DNA of 64,000 nucleotides from the human T2T-CHM13v2.0 reference genome, Homo sapiens: the NCBI RefSeq assembly GCF_009914755.1, contig NC_060931.1. One strand, written 5' to 3'. How positions within the stretch are numbered: position 1 is the first letter of the stretch; each line of letters begins with the position of its first letter. The position numbers were made by a program, and so were the translations under genes. Shown here in pieces: positions 16,950-39,606 of this stretch. The notes beneath the pieces are model-generated. The model saw only the letters and a list, made by a program, of their open reading frames with translations, was not told where the DNA came from and made no database searches.

Positions 16950-17819
16950 CTGGGAAAATTAAACATAGTAAGTTTCAAGACATAAAAGATCCATGCATGG
17001 AATTACTTTAAGTATCTTACCTAAGGTTATTTAAATTATGTTTCATCAAAGTTAAACTTGAATTTAAATCATTTTATGTTTGAGTGGTTGGACAACTTCC
17101 CTTAAACTAAATCTGTTTTACAAGTAGAAAGTATGAGTAGACAAAACTACATTATCTAAAAGATATTCCTACTGAAATAAAAGTTGTTCTATTAGTATTT
17201 TCTTTGCCAAAATCTATCATGCTTTGATCTATCTATTCAATCATGAACACTGAAATGGCACCACTAGGCTTCTCAAAGACTGCTGGAGTTTATAAAACTA
17301 GTCAACAAATAGAATAACAATCAATAGAAGCACTGAAATGTTAGGTACTTATAAATGTCAGACAACCTTTCCAAATCCCATTTTACTTAACAAAAAGGCA
17401 AAGGTTAATGTGTTTATGTGGAGACTCACAATTATTTACCCACCATTTCGTTGGTGAGTCATACTGATCAAAGTGAAAGAACGCATCCAAAGTATTAATA
17501 GCAAGATGAACACGACAAAGCATAAAATGAAGAGACAAGGGAAACATGCACTACACTATCCCACCGGCTGGGCAGACAATTCTTTCCCCTCTTCAAATAA
17601 ACACACTGAAAGGAAAATGGAACATTTACACAAGAGAGATAAGGATGTTGTAACAGGCAGTAAGTGCTTTCAGAAAGTATGAACTACCACTTGGTCTCTG
17701 ACCACATTCTAAGCCTCCTGATTTTGAACTATGCTCTCTAATGTTTATAAGGAATTTAAGTTCCCCATATCCCAATGATTTCCTAAAAATAATTTTTTAA
17801 AAAGGTATGTTTTATTTGA

Positions 17820-18963
<1,144 letters not shown>

Positions 18964-19538
18964 TAACATTTCTATTTCTCCAAAATTTTCTACTAATAAA
19001 ATCTTACATGTACCAAATGAAATATGTACATTTTAGCATTACTGGTAATAGCAAAAGACTGGAAATAACTGGCCATCACTGAGGGACTAAATAAATTATC
19101 CTTTAATCCATAAAATAAAATGCCATAGGGTTTTAAAATTAAAAAGTATGCTTCTTGTGTACTGATATGGAAAGAGCTCATAAATGTATTGGAAGCAAAA
19201 ACATAAATTAGCAACATAGTGAGATGCGCTCTCTGCAAAAAGTAAAAACATTAGCCAGGCATGGTAGTGCGTACCTATAGTGCCAGCTATTTGGAGGGGC
19301 TGAGGCAGAAGGATCGCTTGAGCCCAGGAGTTTGACTGCACTCCAGCCTGGGTGACAGAGTGAGACCTGGTCTCAAAAAAAAAAAAAAAAAAAAGTAAGG
19401 TATGTACACTGTGCTATGTTTTATATAAAACGGGGTAGTGGGGTAAGAATATACGTTTTTATAAATTAGAATAAAAGCACAGAAAGAGGATACACAAGAA
19501 ACTAATAACAAAAGTTCTGGGAAAGTAGGGGAACAATA

Positions 19539-19939
<401 letters not shown>

Positions 19940-20119
19940 CTATTTTTTTAAGCACATAAATAAATCAGGTACAATCTAATTCAAAACAAAAAGAGCAACA
20001 TCTTTTCTAAAATATTTTTTATGTAAATAAAAAACCAAAGATTGTGCTGACATCTGTATGATTAGGAAAAAAATCTTTATCAAAAATCCTTCTCTGTCAG
20101 ATAATTCCACTTCCAGTCA

Positions 20120-21450
20120 TGACGGAATAATCTGATGGCATCAGGTTTACCCTACTATCTTAACAACTGCAACGTCAAATATATGAAAGAAAGGTTTTCA
20201 GACATTGGACGACAGGTAAACAGCAGATTAACTCCTGAAAGACAGGAAACAAACACAGTCTGTCCTACAGTGTCCCAGCTCACTGCTGGGAGAGTTTTAA
20301 AGTCTTGGCACAGGGAGAGGCCACTCAAACACAGCTTAGCTGAATTGCTGAATTGAGGAGATAGCATTTGGAGTTCAGGGAGGCCAATGTGACCAGAATT
20401 TGCATGGCAAAATATCATGCAAACGCTACGGAGGGGAGAGGGCTAACAGAAAAAGCTCCAGGTATCTGCAGAGGGTTCCCTTGAGTGTGGCTGAGTACTA
20501 CACATGCATATGAGGAAACTACCCAAGATGAGAGAAAGAACCACCAAGTAGCATGTAGAACCACAGCACGAAGGACGGGAGGAAGAAATATAAGAATCCT
20601 GTTTAAGATTCTTATATGTAAAGTCGTATAATACTATTATTAAAAAAATTTTTTTCTGTAAAGTGGTATAAATATTACTTGAAGGTAAGTAAGTTAAAGA
20701 TGTATTCTGTAAAGCCCAGAACAACCGGTAATAAAAACCAAACAAAACAAAACAGAACAAAGAGGTGTAGCTAACAAGCTGATAGTGGAGGTAAAGGTGT
20801 GGTCATAAAGAAGGCAAGAAAAGAGGAGAAAAGGAACTAAGACAAGATGAGATAAACACAAAGAGCAAGATGACAGGGGTAAAACTTCCCTTATCAAAAA
20901 TCACATTAATTACAAATGCTATAAACAGTCTGATTAAATGTCAGAGATTATCGTATTAGATTAAAAAACAAGACCTCACTTCATGTTGTCTGTAAGAAAT
21001 TTACTTTAAATATAAAGATACAAATATGTTAAAAACTAATGAAAGGAAGAGGATACTCTGAAACAATGAAATAGAGCTTAAGTGGTTATACCAATGTTAG
21101 ACAAAGTAAACTTAAGAACATGGACCATATTATCAAGAACACAGAGAGGTATCTCATCATAAAAAAGGGGTTAATTCTTCAAGAAAACACAGCAATCCTA
21201 AATTTGTATATACTAATAACACTGTTTCAAAACACATAAAACAAAATTTGATAGAACTGAAAGGAGAAACAAATTCACAATGATATTTGGAGATTTCAAT
21301 AATCCTCGCTTAGTAATTGACAGAGAGATATTTTTAAAAAGTCAGTAAAGACAGAAAACTTGAATGATGTTATTAACCAACTTGACCTACCTGACATTGA
21401 CAGAACACTCAACCCAATAAAAACATAATACATATTCCATCTGACAAAAT
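20120..21450 (+). mobile_element. Ancient L1M fragment including degraded ORF2 endonuclease region
   Basis: A-rich, L1M-like motifs (caagaaaacacagcaatcctaaatttgtat; atagaactgaaaggagaaa; ttgacctacctgacatt). Confidence 0.6.
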
Positions 21451-22185
21451 AATAATGGTAGTATAAACTTACATATAGGTAATGTCTATTATGCACTAGG
21501 TACTTTTACAATGCTATTTTGTATAATCTTCACAAGTCTATCAGGTAGTACACTTATGATATTTACAAATGAGGAAGCTGAGGCTTGAATATGTTAAGTA
21601 ACTTGAATAATGTTGCAGTCACTTATAAAGACTGGAATTTGAACCCAGGTCTGTGCACTTAAATCCAAAGCCTGAGCTGCTGACTATGCTATAACTACAC
21701 CTCAGTAAGCCAGAGAGGACTGAAGACTCTTTAGAATAACACCAATCCCTCTGACTTTGGAGGTCTGTACACCAGTCAAAGACAGGAAAACCCTACTCAT
21801 TTCCTTTATTGCTTTGCTTACAACATGCTTCCCTCCCACACATACTTTTCCAAAGGACACTTTTGCTTAAAAAAGAAAAAAAATCTCCTTTTAAAATGTA
21901 AATGAAGATTAATTCTATTAGCTAGTTATGACCATACAAGTTACTAAAATCAACACTTTGTTGTTTTTCTCTAAGCTTCCTAAAAATCAACCCCTATTAA
22001 GAGGCCACAAGTTTGGATTAGAGAGGGGAAAGTGAGAGACAGTTCAGGTGTTTGGTACACAGGGAGGAGGTTAGTTATGTTTGAACAGCCAATAGGGATT
22101 CAGTGTGTAAGGTGAAAGAAGTGAAGAAGAAGGAAATATGGAAAAGAACAACCTCACCCACATTACAGTTCATAGTTTTGGCTAG

Positions 22186-24449
<2,264 letters not shown>

Positions 24450-27400
24450 TTATTGTCCTTGTTTATTTTGACACTCAAATTATCCCAGACTTGGCCAGTG
24501 GAAACCCCTCCAAGCTGGCTTCTAGATCTTCTGAAATGTAACCAAAATATTGAAGGGGCCTTTTTTTCCCTGCCCCAGCCCCAGAATCAGTCATTTCTCT
24601 AAGAAGCCCTGGCTCACTTTAATGAATAATACTATTTAGAATCTAAGGTCTGGGTGGTATTGGTATTTTAACTCTAAAAAAGAAAAGATACGCTTTGGAG
24701 GATCACTGTCTTTAGATCTGTTTGTGAAAGAGGTACACAAGATTCTACTTGGGATGACAAGATTATAGGAGTTCTGAAAGAAAAGGGCACTTTGGAATGT
24801 ATAAGCAAGTGATCTCAGCTTGGCCAACCACTATGACTTCCTCTATACAGCTCACTCACCATGACTGTGGAGACTAAAACACTTTAACTGAGTCTTTACA
24901 GTCAAGACATTCCATTTACTTTCTCTGAAAGTGAATCCAACTCTAAAAAAATGTGAAAATATTCTTCAAATTCCTTAGAAGGTTATTTGTATTTTGTCTG
25001 CTACCAAGCTGCTGTGTATGGCGAAAAGCTTTCCTTTATGCTACTAACAGAAACAAGCAAAATACCAAGAGCAAGGGCATCACGGACTAAAGAAGATCAA
25101 GAATACAAAATCCAAAAAGTCTGTTTCTAGTCTAGACCCAATACATTAAAACTGCACTTAGGCTAACCTTATCCAAACACGATGGCCAAACAAGTAATCA
25201 GTGTGAAATGCAAAATTTACCTGGCTAACTTATATTAAGTGATCTGTGAAACAAAGACATAATGGAATCTTCTCTTCTAACATAAATTTTCAAATACTTT
25301 AAGATCTTTATCCCCAAAGCTTTCTACTGACAAAAAGCAACTAAAGAACAAAAAATAGAAAGTACAAATCTACCATTCAAAAAGATGCGGGGTGGGGAGA
25401 AACAAGAACAAAGGTAAAAACCATTCTGCATACACATTTTTAAAATAAAAGTCACTTGGATTGTTTCTTTTTTTAACTAATTAATTTTTTCAAAGATGGT
25501 GTCTCACTCTGCTGCCTAGGCTGGAATACAGTGGCACAATCACAGCTCACTGCAGCCACTAACTCCTGGGCTCATGTAATCCTCCTACCTTAGTCTTCCA
25601 AGTAGCTGGGATTATAGGTAGGTACAAGCCACTGCACCCAACTCGAGAATGGTTTCTTTTTAAAGTACAGACTCTGCACTAAATTGTAAATCTTCTTTCC
25701 ATAGTATCATGCACACCGTACAGAGGCTTTTGGGACACAGGTTTTTAAAACCACCAAGGAGAGTCAGCGAATATAAATGACAATTATGTACTTAAGTAAC
25801 AGAAACTTGATTATATATATATATTTACTATTTATTATATACATTAAATAACCTGGGTTTCTGAAGTATACACATTGAATAAAGGAATATAATGGAAAAA
25901 TATTGACCCAGGAGTTAGGAAACCTGAGTTCTCATGCACAAACTCATCGTTCAACCTTGGGTAAATTAGTTAACCTTTATGGACTTTCATATTGTCATCT
26001 GCAAAATGAGGCTATTAGAGCTGATAATTCGATGATTTTTTTTACTATTTCATCTGTTATCATACTTACCATTTCACTACATATCATCAAGAAACAGACT
26101 TTAAGCTAAATAGGAATGAAGGAACTTAATAATAAATGGCCTTGAGCTCCCTGCAAGATTATTCTATCAGAAGAATAACTTGCATTTTAAAAAAGCTAAC
26201 ACTTACTGGAGATCTACTGTGTGTGTCGGGCACTGTGCTAAGCTCTTTACATATGTCAACTAACTGAATCCTCATCAAATGTCTCTGATAGGTATTACTG
26301 TCCCTCAGTGTGGACAAGACTTGGTTAGTCCGCCCAGGGTCACAAAGCTGGTAAATGACAAAGCTAGGACTCAAATCAAGAGTGACTCCAAAGTCACCTT
26401 ACTAACCACCTGAAAATTTCACCTCCTAATAAATAAATCATAAGCTGAATACATTCTTATTTAATCTCTGGCAGGTGCTAATTTTTTTCCCCTTTTTAGT
26501 AGAGACAAAATAGCTAAAACTGGCAGCCAACCAAGAAACAACTTCAAATTAATCATGTAATCATGCCACTGTGCCCGGGGAATTTTTGTATTTTTCGTAG
26601 ACATGGGATTTCACCATGTTGCCCAGGCTGGTCTCAAACTCCCGAGCTCAGGTGATCCATCCATCGTGTCCTCCCAAAGTGCTGAGATTACCAGGCATGA
26701 GCCACTGCACCTGGTATCAATGTCTTAAAGAGAACTGTGTTTTTGGTAAGCAATATTTCCTTTTATTTCCTTATAATAAAACAAAAGGAAACAGCAAAAG
26801 TCACAAAACCTAGAAGACTGGCAAGGGTCTTAAGGGTAACAGTGTCTTATTATTCATTCCCCTGCCTCCAGGGGAGACCTCATTACAATTACCCCAGGGT
26901 AGGAACTGGGGAGCAAGTGATGGGGCTCCCAGAGAACAGGTCTTCTGACAGCATCAGTGTTGGTTCCCAGTCTCCCTCATCATTTCACATTAACTGTATA
27001 ACTGAGTACCAACATAAATTTTCAGAGACCGAGGCCTAACCACAGAGATTCTTTCTTGCTTCATGTTGGGCCATTCAACTGGCTTGTCTGCTCAATTATA
27101 GAACAACTGTGACTTAAGTGACAATCTTCTTGCTGGTCATATGGCATTTTAAGAAGCCAGGTGAATATGATCACCTACATACAAATCCATGCACTGGAAA
27201 ATAGCTACTATGGCTCACTTTCATCCCTCCAGGAGCCCAATGTGGGCCTTTTCCTATATGTTCTCAAGACACAAGCTGTCTCTCAAATAAGCTCTCGGGC
27301 AGAAAATCTCTCTCTCAGATGACTTTCAAGCCTAGAAATCACCATTTCTGACAAGCTATGAACAGTGAGGGTATTACCACAGAACAAACCAGGATCCACA

Positions 27401-27717
27401 AATAAAGGCACAAAAACCAAAACATCCAAAGAGATAGTCATTTGGATGGGGATGAATTTCATAAACAAAACTATCTATTTCAATTCTCTTTATTCCTCCT
27501 ACAGAGTAAACAAATTTCTCTAAAACACAATGTCTTTCAACTAAAGAGAGTATTGGTTTCATATATTGTCTGACCCTCAAGCCCAATTTCAGTGTCAAAT
27601 CTGAGCTGATGATCTCAAAAAGTTGACAGAAATTACAAAGCTGAGCCTATGAGCATTGGGGATCTCCTCTGTGTCTCACTCAGGCAGAGAAGAAAAAAAA
27701 GAGTATCACAACATTAC

Positions 27718-27883
27718 CCTTCTTTGATCCGACCCTGGAAGACGTACTGAAGATTTCTTCACTGTGGTAATCTTGCGGGTCTTCTCGTTGGTTTTCTTTC
27801 CTTCAAACTTGGAGAATGTGAGGGATTGGGCCCCTTGGCTGCTCTGACTGCTGGCAAAGGCCTCTTCTTCCTCCCGCTGGAGT
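27718..27883 (-). pseudogene. RABGEF1 pseudo-exon (MIU tail), 166 nt, frameshifted
   Basis: LQREEEEAFASSQSSQGAQSLTFSKFEGKKTNEKTRKITTVKK, then the frame shifts; ttgcag acceptor, G|gtaatg donor. Confidence 0.93.
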
Positions 27884-28413
27884 CTGCAATTCAAGAGAGG
27901 ATTAGAATGATCTAGATATTCTCCAAGATTTCTCTGTATCTGAAGGTTATTACTCCATTAATTCAGGAGGATCTAAAGATTTTAGAACTAGAGACTAAAT
28001 ACGCCAAATCAGTCTGAGGTCTCACATAGCTACAGGATGGACGGCTCTTCATGCACTACAGATTTCAAATGGCATCTTCTCATGCTCATTCAGCAACTGG
28101 TCTAGGGTTACATGAAAGAAATCAAGTCTAGTCCTTTTCCCCAACAAGCTCAGTGAAATAAATAAAGTCTAGTCCTTTTCCCTAACAAGCTCAAGCTTGG
28201 AACAAACAAAAAGGTAAGTAAACAACTGCTATATAATGGGACAGCTGCTACATCAGAGAGTAAAAATTGAGTGCTGTGAGAACACAGGAAAGAACAACAC
28301 AATCTGCTGGAGGAGTCTGATGAGGCTTTACAACGGTGATGTTTGGGGTGAGTCTTAAAGGACAAATAGGATCCTTTTTTGTTTCTGTTTTTTTTTGTTT
28401 GTTTGTTTTTTGA

Positions 28414-28557
<144 letters not shown>

Positions 28558-29177
28558 TGATAAGGATGATTAGGATTCTAAGTGAAAGGACATTCCAGGA
28601 AGAAGGAACTACAAATGTGCAAGCCTGTGGTTTGCTTCACAACAAGCTGAATGTAGCCAGAGCACTGGGCGTGTGATGAACTGTGATGCTGGATACACAG
28701 GAAGGCACCAGAGGGTAGGGAATCTTGCCTGCTAAGCCCATTGCTAAGCCTATTCTGGATTTCATCATGTGGTGGGGAAGCAAGAAAAACTGCAAGTCCA
28801 AAAAGTTATTGTTGTCAGATCTGTGCTTTAGAAAGATCATGCAGGTAGCTATGTGAACAACTTGAAGGATAGAGAAACTAGAGACACGGACAGGAATTAA
28901 GCGTATATTATAAAGGTTCAAGTAAAAGAAAATAAATACCTGGAAAAGAAGAGGAGCAAAGATAAAATGCAAAAGACTTTTCTAAGTTGGAACAAATGGA
29001 ACTTGGTCAAATTGTAGGTGCCAAGGGAGGTTAAAGAGAAATCAAGAATGAAACCAAGGTTTTTTAGCTAACTTGGTAAACAATGATGCCATTAATTGAC
29101 TCAGGAGAAGGGTTAGGAGGAAAATGTTCAGAATGCGGAGAATAATAAATAAAAGCAATAAATTTGGGTTTGGATTA

Positions 29178-29513
<336 letters not shown>

Positions 29514-29531
29514 TCAAGCACTATCTATAAG

Positions 29532-29700
29532 ACAGTGGTTCTCCAAGCGTGGTTCCCCAGACAGCAGCAGCACCATCACCAGGCAACTTGTTAGAAATGC
29601 AAATTCTCTAGTCTTACTCCCAAACTACTAAAATCAGAGACTCTGTGGGTAAGGTCCAGCAATCACTGCTTTCACAAGCTTTCCAAGAGATTTAGCAGGG
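29532..29700 (+). mobile_element. MER5A-like hAT-Charlie MITE
   Basis: cagtggttctcc...cttgttagaaatgcaaattctc...aatcagagactctg. Confidence 0.7.
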
Positions 29701-30197
29701 TCACAATTAAAAGCAGTAAGAAATAGAAACAAAAATCACAGGGGAGGTGCTAAGTCTGAGTATGGAATCGGGACACTTCTTTCTCTGGGACGGACAAGAA
29801 GTTAATATAAAGGTATTAGTACATTTTTATGTGGCGAAGGGAGTAAGCTGAGGCAGTTCGTGCCTAGTGGCCTCTACTCTGTTTTTGAAACAGGATCTGC
29901 TACTGACAACATCAGGCATGCAGTGGAAACCCTGAGGAGATCATTCATGTTCTTGGCTAAAATTTTCTCTTTGATGACCACAGTCACTGAAAGCAATGTG
30001 TAATTTCTAATTCTCTGAGCTCACCACAGGTGCCAGCAAAGTAGTCACTCAACAAATATTGGCTGACTGGATGAAAAAACAAAAAAACTAGCAAGAAGAG
30101 TTGGCAGAATTCCATTTGCCTTTCTTCTGTTGAAGCAGTTTTAGAATTTCTAAAATGCTCTGGCAAAGAATTAACATTATTCATGGCATTTTATTAG

Positions 30198-30536
<339 letters not shown>

Positions 30537-31089
30537 TAATTTTTAACATCATTATATTTCCAGATAATACAAACTGCCTTTGAGTAACCTAATTTTTAAG
30601 GAAAAGTTAAATTTCTATAATGCAAGGACTATGTATACAAGTCAACAGATTTCTACTACTGTGTTTTATCACTGAGCTAGATGCCACGCTGAATATATTA
30701 AAAGAATGAGGGAAATAATGCTTGATGAGTGCCATTTGCAAGCCCTGCACTGGGTACATCATATTTATTAGCTCATTTAATCTTCACCAGGAAATATGCC
30801 TATCTCCATTCTTCCATTCCAAGGAGCTTATTGTCTACATTTGAGAACCAAGATTAACATAACCCAAAGAATATAATCAGAAGTTAAGACATACAAAAAA
30901 TGAAGAAAATACTCAAAGCTGTTCATTAAAGGTTGACTGAGAAGAAGAGGGGAAAACATCCTTTTCCTTAATTTTAAACTGACTTGCTGATAGGTCAAAG
31001 CAGAAATTTAAAAAAATGTATTTGGATGGTGACAGAAGTATGTATCCAGTCACGCCACTGTTCAACCGCCCCTAGTTAAGTCCTTTTAC

Positions 31090-31280
31090 CACTCCGCCAG
31101 CTCCCAGTCCTCCTGAATCTCCTTCTGCCTAGCTTTGTGGTACTCTTCCCTCCAGCACTTGGAGCAGAAACCCTGCCAGTCAGGGTTGCCGTAGTAACCA
31201 CATCCTTTCTTGCACAGGAGGTCCGACTGATGCACATGAATTCCTCAGCGTTCAGACTTAAGGCTCATCTTCTTACTGCT
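31090..31280 (-). pseudogene. RABGEF1 first coding pseudo-exon (A20-type zinc finger and MIU start), stop at codon 8
   Basis: ATG at 31268: [58 protein letters not shown]; donor TG|gtaaaa; exact acceptor uncertain. Confidence 0.93.
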
Positions 31281-31554
31281 AACCAATGAACAAATGACAA
31301 AGTGCTGTTGAAAAGGAATTATCATTCTACTAACTAAAGTCTTAGCAATTATGAAGAAAAAGTGAGTGATTCCATTATCTTCAGGCTGTAAGAGAGGGAA
31401 GAAGGGAATGAAGGAGGGAGGGAATGAGGGAGGGAAAGAGAGGAGGAAGGAAGAAGGAAAAAGGAAAAGTTAACTATGGTAAATTCCTGAAACAGTCATA
31501 TTAAAGACTTATTCCCTGCCGAAAATACACAGAACCCATTAAGAAAGGGCTAAC

Positions 31555-32335
31555 ATTGGATTAAATACCTAAATGTAAAGGCTGGAAACTAGAAAACTTA
31601 GGGGAAAAGCTTCCCAACACTGGATTTTGCAATGACTTCTAGGATATGACACCAAAAGCACAGGCAACAAAAGCAAAATCAGACAAATATATTAATTACA
31701 TCAAAATTTAAAATGTCTGCACAACACAGGAACCAACTGACAGAGTAAAAAGGAACAACACACAGAATGAGAGAACATATCTGCAAACCACATATATAAT
31801 AAGGGGTTAATATCCAGAATATAAAGGAACTCCTACAAGCCAATAACAAAAAAAATAATAATAATAATCTGGTTAACAAATGGGAAAAGGACTTCAATAG
31901 ACAATTCTCCAAAGATATACCAACAGCCAACAAACATGTGAAAAAATGCTCAACATCACTAATCATCACGGAAATGCAAATCAAAACCACAATGAGATAT
32001 CACTTCATACCCATTAGGATGGCTACTGTAAAAGAAAACAAACCCACGATGGGCATAGTGGCTCATGCCACTTTGGGAGGCCAAGGTGGGAGGATCACTT
32101 GAGGCTAGGAGTTCAGGACCAGCCTGGGCAACACAGCAAGACCCCATCTTTACAAAAAAATACAAAAACTAGTGGGGTGTGATGGTGTATGCCTGTAGTC
32201 CCAGCTACTCGGGAGGCTGACAGGAGGATCGCCTCTCCAGGAGATGGAGGCTGCAGTGAGCTATGATCACATCACTGCACCCCAGCCTGGGTGACAGAGC
32301 AAGGCCTTGTCCAGAAAGAAGAGAAGAGAAAAAAA
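31555..32335 (+). mobile_element. L1M ORF2 3' fragment (31555-32040) followed by AluJ (32050-32335)
   Basis: gatatgacaccaaaagcacaggcaacaaaagc...caacatcactaatcatc..gaaatgcaaatcaaaaccacaatgagata. Confidence 0.8.
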
Positions 32336-32999
32336 TTGAAGTAACATCATAATTTCCAAAGTCAGTTTTCTTTTCCACTGTGTAATATTTAAACTCATTT
32401 GTTCATAGTCTCACAGCTGTATGGTAAATCGCTATGTAACAATTTCCTTTCAAACTGAAACCACATGGTCCTCATTCTTCTCCACAATAACAAACTGCCA
32501 AAGAAGCACAGTAAAAAAGCAGCACTCTACAGCATTCATTCAAGAGACTCACATGTGCAGATAAAATTAGGCCCTATATCTTGGAGGTCTCATTAATTTA
32601 ACTCAAACATTTACTAAGTGCCAACTGTGTGCAGAGAATTAAGCTAGATGGCACTGGTGATGCAACGGATAGAACACGTCCTTGCCCTCATGAAGCTCAT
32701 AACCAAAAGTACAGCCAGACTGAAAAACGCGGAAAAAGGGAAAGTGTTAGGAAACTGTTGGGGAGTAACACACATACAAATTCTGACCTAGTGAGTATAG
32801 AGAGACCACTTGGGGATGCTGGTGATAGACCTTAAAGAGCCTTGTGTTGAAAGGGTCTTGGAAACATGACAGAAAGAGGAAGGATATTCTGGACAGGAAG
32901 AATGCCTTTCACAAAAAGCTCAGAAGCAGGAAGGCAAATGTAAAATATGAATGATGTAGTATAGACAGAAGGTAAACTAAAGAAGTTAGGTGGGAAGTC

Positions 33000-36962
<3,963 letters not shown>

Positions 36963-38119
36963 AAGCCTACACTTAGTATACCAAGTCCTGGGTTTCAAAT
37001 TATTTTGAAAGTCTGAGCTAATCTTCTCGCCATTATCATCCTGATGTCCCTTTTCTTCCCTTCCAAGAGAAATGAGCAAAAGGAAATACCTATTTTTTCC
37101 ATAGATCAATTAAGTTTTTAAAATTTTGTACTACAAGTATGATAATACTAGTAGATGTTACTAAAATGAACATAATTTGGGGAGTCTGCCTAGCACATGT
37201 GCAAATATCTCCTGTGTATCAGGAAACTGTCCTCCGAATCCACAAAGATAAGCTGGCAGAAGCTATGTTTGTATAATTTGAATGGTCCCCCAATTCAGGG
37301 TCACAGCTGATTGCCCCAAACTGTGTCAGAGTCTTTTGCTTGGAGTTTTGCAAATGGGACTAAGTCGGGGCTGTTCTCTTGAATGATGGAGCTGTGTGAC
37401 ATGACCATCTTCCATCAAGTGGTCCAAGTATCAGGACAGTCCACAGAGTGAAATAGACATACGCCAAGAAGCAGAGAAAGGTAGAAGGTCCTGTACGTCC
37501 TGAGTGACTTCAATCTCCCAGTTCCAATCCCTGGCTAAGGTTTAGGTGCACGCCCACCCTCAGATTCTGAGTCATACACCCTGGTCCCCTAACTGCTTTT
37601 TTCTTTTTTTATCAAGCTAGTTCCAGTACAGCCTATTATCTATGCCAAAAGACTTGTACAGATGCTCTTTAAGAGCTAGAAAAAAAATAAAGGAGTGCTC
37701 TGTGGATTACTTGGCACACATTAAAAGCTCAGTATGAATTAGACAGAAACAATAACAATAGCTCCGAGTCTAAGAAGACTTATTTGGTGTGGACCATGAA
37801 ATCACAGAGATCAGTCAAATCTGCACTCAAACCCCAGCTCTGCTACATACTAGAAATGTGACTTTAGGCAAACTATGTAATATTTCTGAAACTCCCTTTG
37901 CTATCTCCCTCTCCAGCCTCTCTGCTCCTATCATTCTCTATCTTTTCACCAAACTAAGCCTCATAGGACCTGTGCACCCATAACCTTCACTCTCTGGTGC
38001 TACAACTGTGATTATGTCACCTTACACTGCGAAAAAGACTTGGCAGATATAATTAAGTTGACTGATAATGGAAATAAGGAGATTATCCTAGATTATCTAG
38101 ATGGGCCCAACAAAAGCAC

Positions 38120-39606
38120 ATGAACCCTAAAATGCAGAAGAGAACAAGGACCCAGAATGGCCAAAACAATCTTCAAAAAGAATGTAAGAAAACTTACATT
38201 TCCTGATTTCAAGTTACTACAAGGCCACAGTAATTACTACAGTGTGGTACTGGTACAAGGACAGTCATAGAAATCAATGGAATAGAATTGAGATTCCAGA
38301 AATAAACCCACACGTCTTCTGTCCACTGATTTTCCACAAAAGTACCAAGACCATTCAATGGAGAAAAAAGAGTCTTTTCAACAAATAGTGCTGGGAAAAT
38401 TGGATAGCCACGTACAAAAGAACGATGTTAGATGTTAGATGCTTACTTCATACCACGTACAAAAATTAACTCAGAATCAATCAAAGACCTAAATGTAAAA
38501 GCTAAAACTAAAGCTCTCAGAAGAAAATATACAGGTAAAATTTTCACACTGGATTTGACAAAGGATTTTTAGATATGACACCAAAAGCAGGAGCAAAAAA
38601 AGACAGATAAATTGTACTCCAACAAAATTTTAATCTTTGTGCTTCAGAGGACCTTATCAAGTGAAAACAGAACCCACAGAATCAGAGAAAATATTTGCAA
38701 GTCATTTATGTAATAAGGAACTCGTAAACCAGAATACATAAAGAATTCTTATAACTCAATAATAAAAAGTAAGTAACAACTGTTTCAGCGGGTAAAAGAT
38801 CTGAATGGACATTTCTCCAGAAAGAAAGGCAAACAGTCATGAGTATGTGAAAAGATGTTGCACATCATCAGTCATCAAGGAAATGCAAAACGAAACCACA
38901 ATGAGATGCCACTTCACATCCAGTAGGGTGACTAGAACCAAAAAGTCAGAAATAACAAGTGTTGGCAAGGATGTGGGGAAACTGGAACCCTCATACATTG
39001 CTTGTAGAAATGTAAAATGGTACAGCCATTGTGGAGAAGTCTGGCAGTTTCTCAAATGATTAAACAATATTACCATAGAAACCAGCAATTTCACTCCTAG
39101 ACTAAGAGAAATAAAAACGTGTCCAGAGAGAAACTTGTACATCAATGTTTGTATCAGCATTATCCGTAATAGTCCAAGAGCAGAAACAACCCAAATGTAC
39201 ATCAGATGATGAATTAATAAACAAAATGTGGTATATCCATAAAATGGAATATTACTTGGTCATAATAAGGAATGAAGTACTGATATATGCTACAACATGG
39301 TGAACCCTGAAAACATGCTAAGTGAGAGATGCCGGTTATAAAAGACCACCCGTTATATGATTCCATTCATCTGAACATCCATACCAGGGAAATCTAGAGA
39401 CAGAAAATAGAGTGGTGGTCACTGAGCACTAAGAGGGGAGAGGATGGGAATAAAGGGGATAGAGAAAGGGCATGGGTTCCTTTTTGAGATGATGAAAATG
39501 TTCTAAAGTTGACTGCGGTAATGGTTGTTACTTAATTGTGCACTTTTAAAACGGAGAATTGTATAGTATGTGAATTACACCTCAATAAAGCTGTCTTTTT
39601 AAAAAA
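38120..39606 (+). mobile_element. L1MB-type 3' portion inserted in an MLT1 LTR (about 37990-38120 and 39610-39945)
   Basis: Continuous degraded ORF2 3' region and 3' UTR ending ctcaataaagctg; cagaagaga repeated on both flanks; MLT1-like flanks. Confidence 0.8.
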
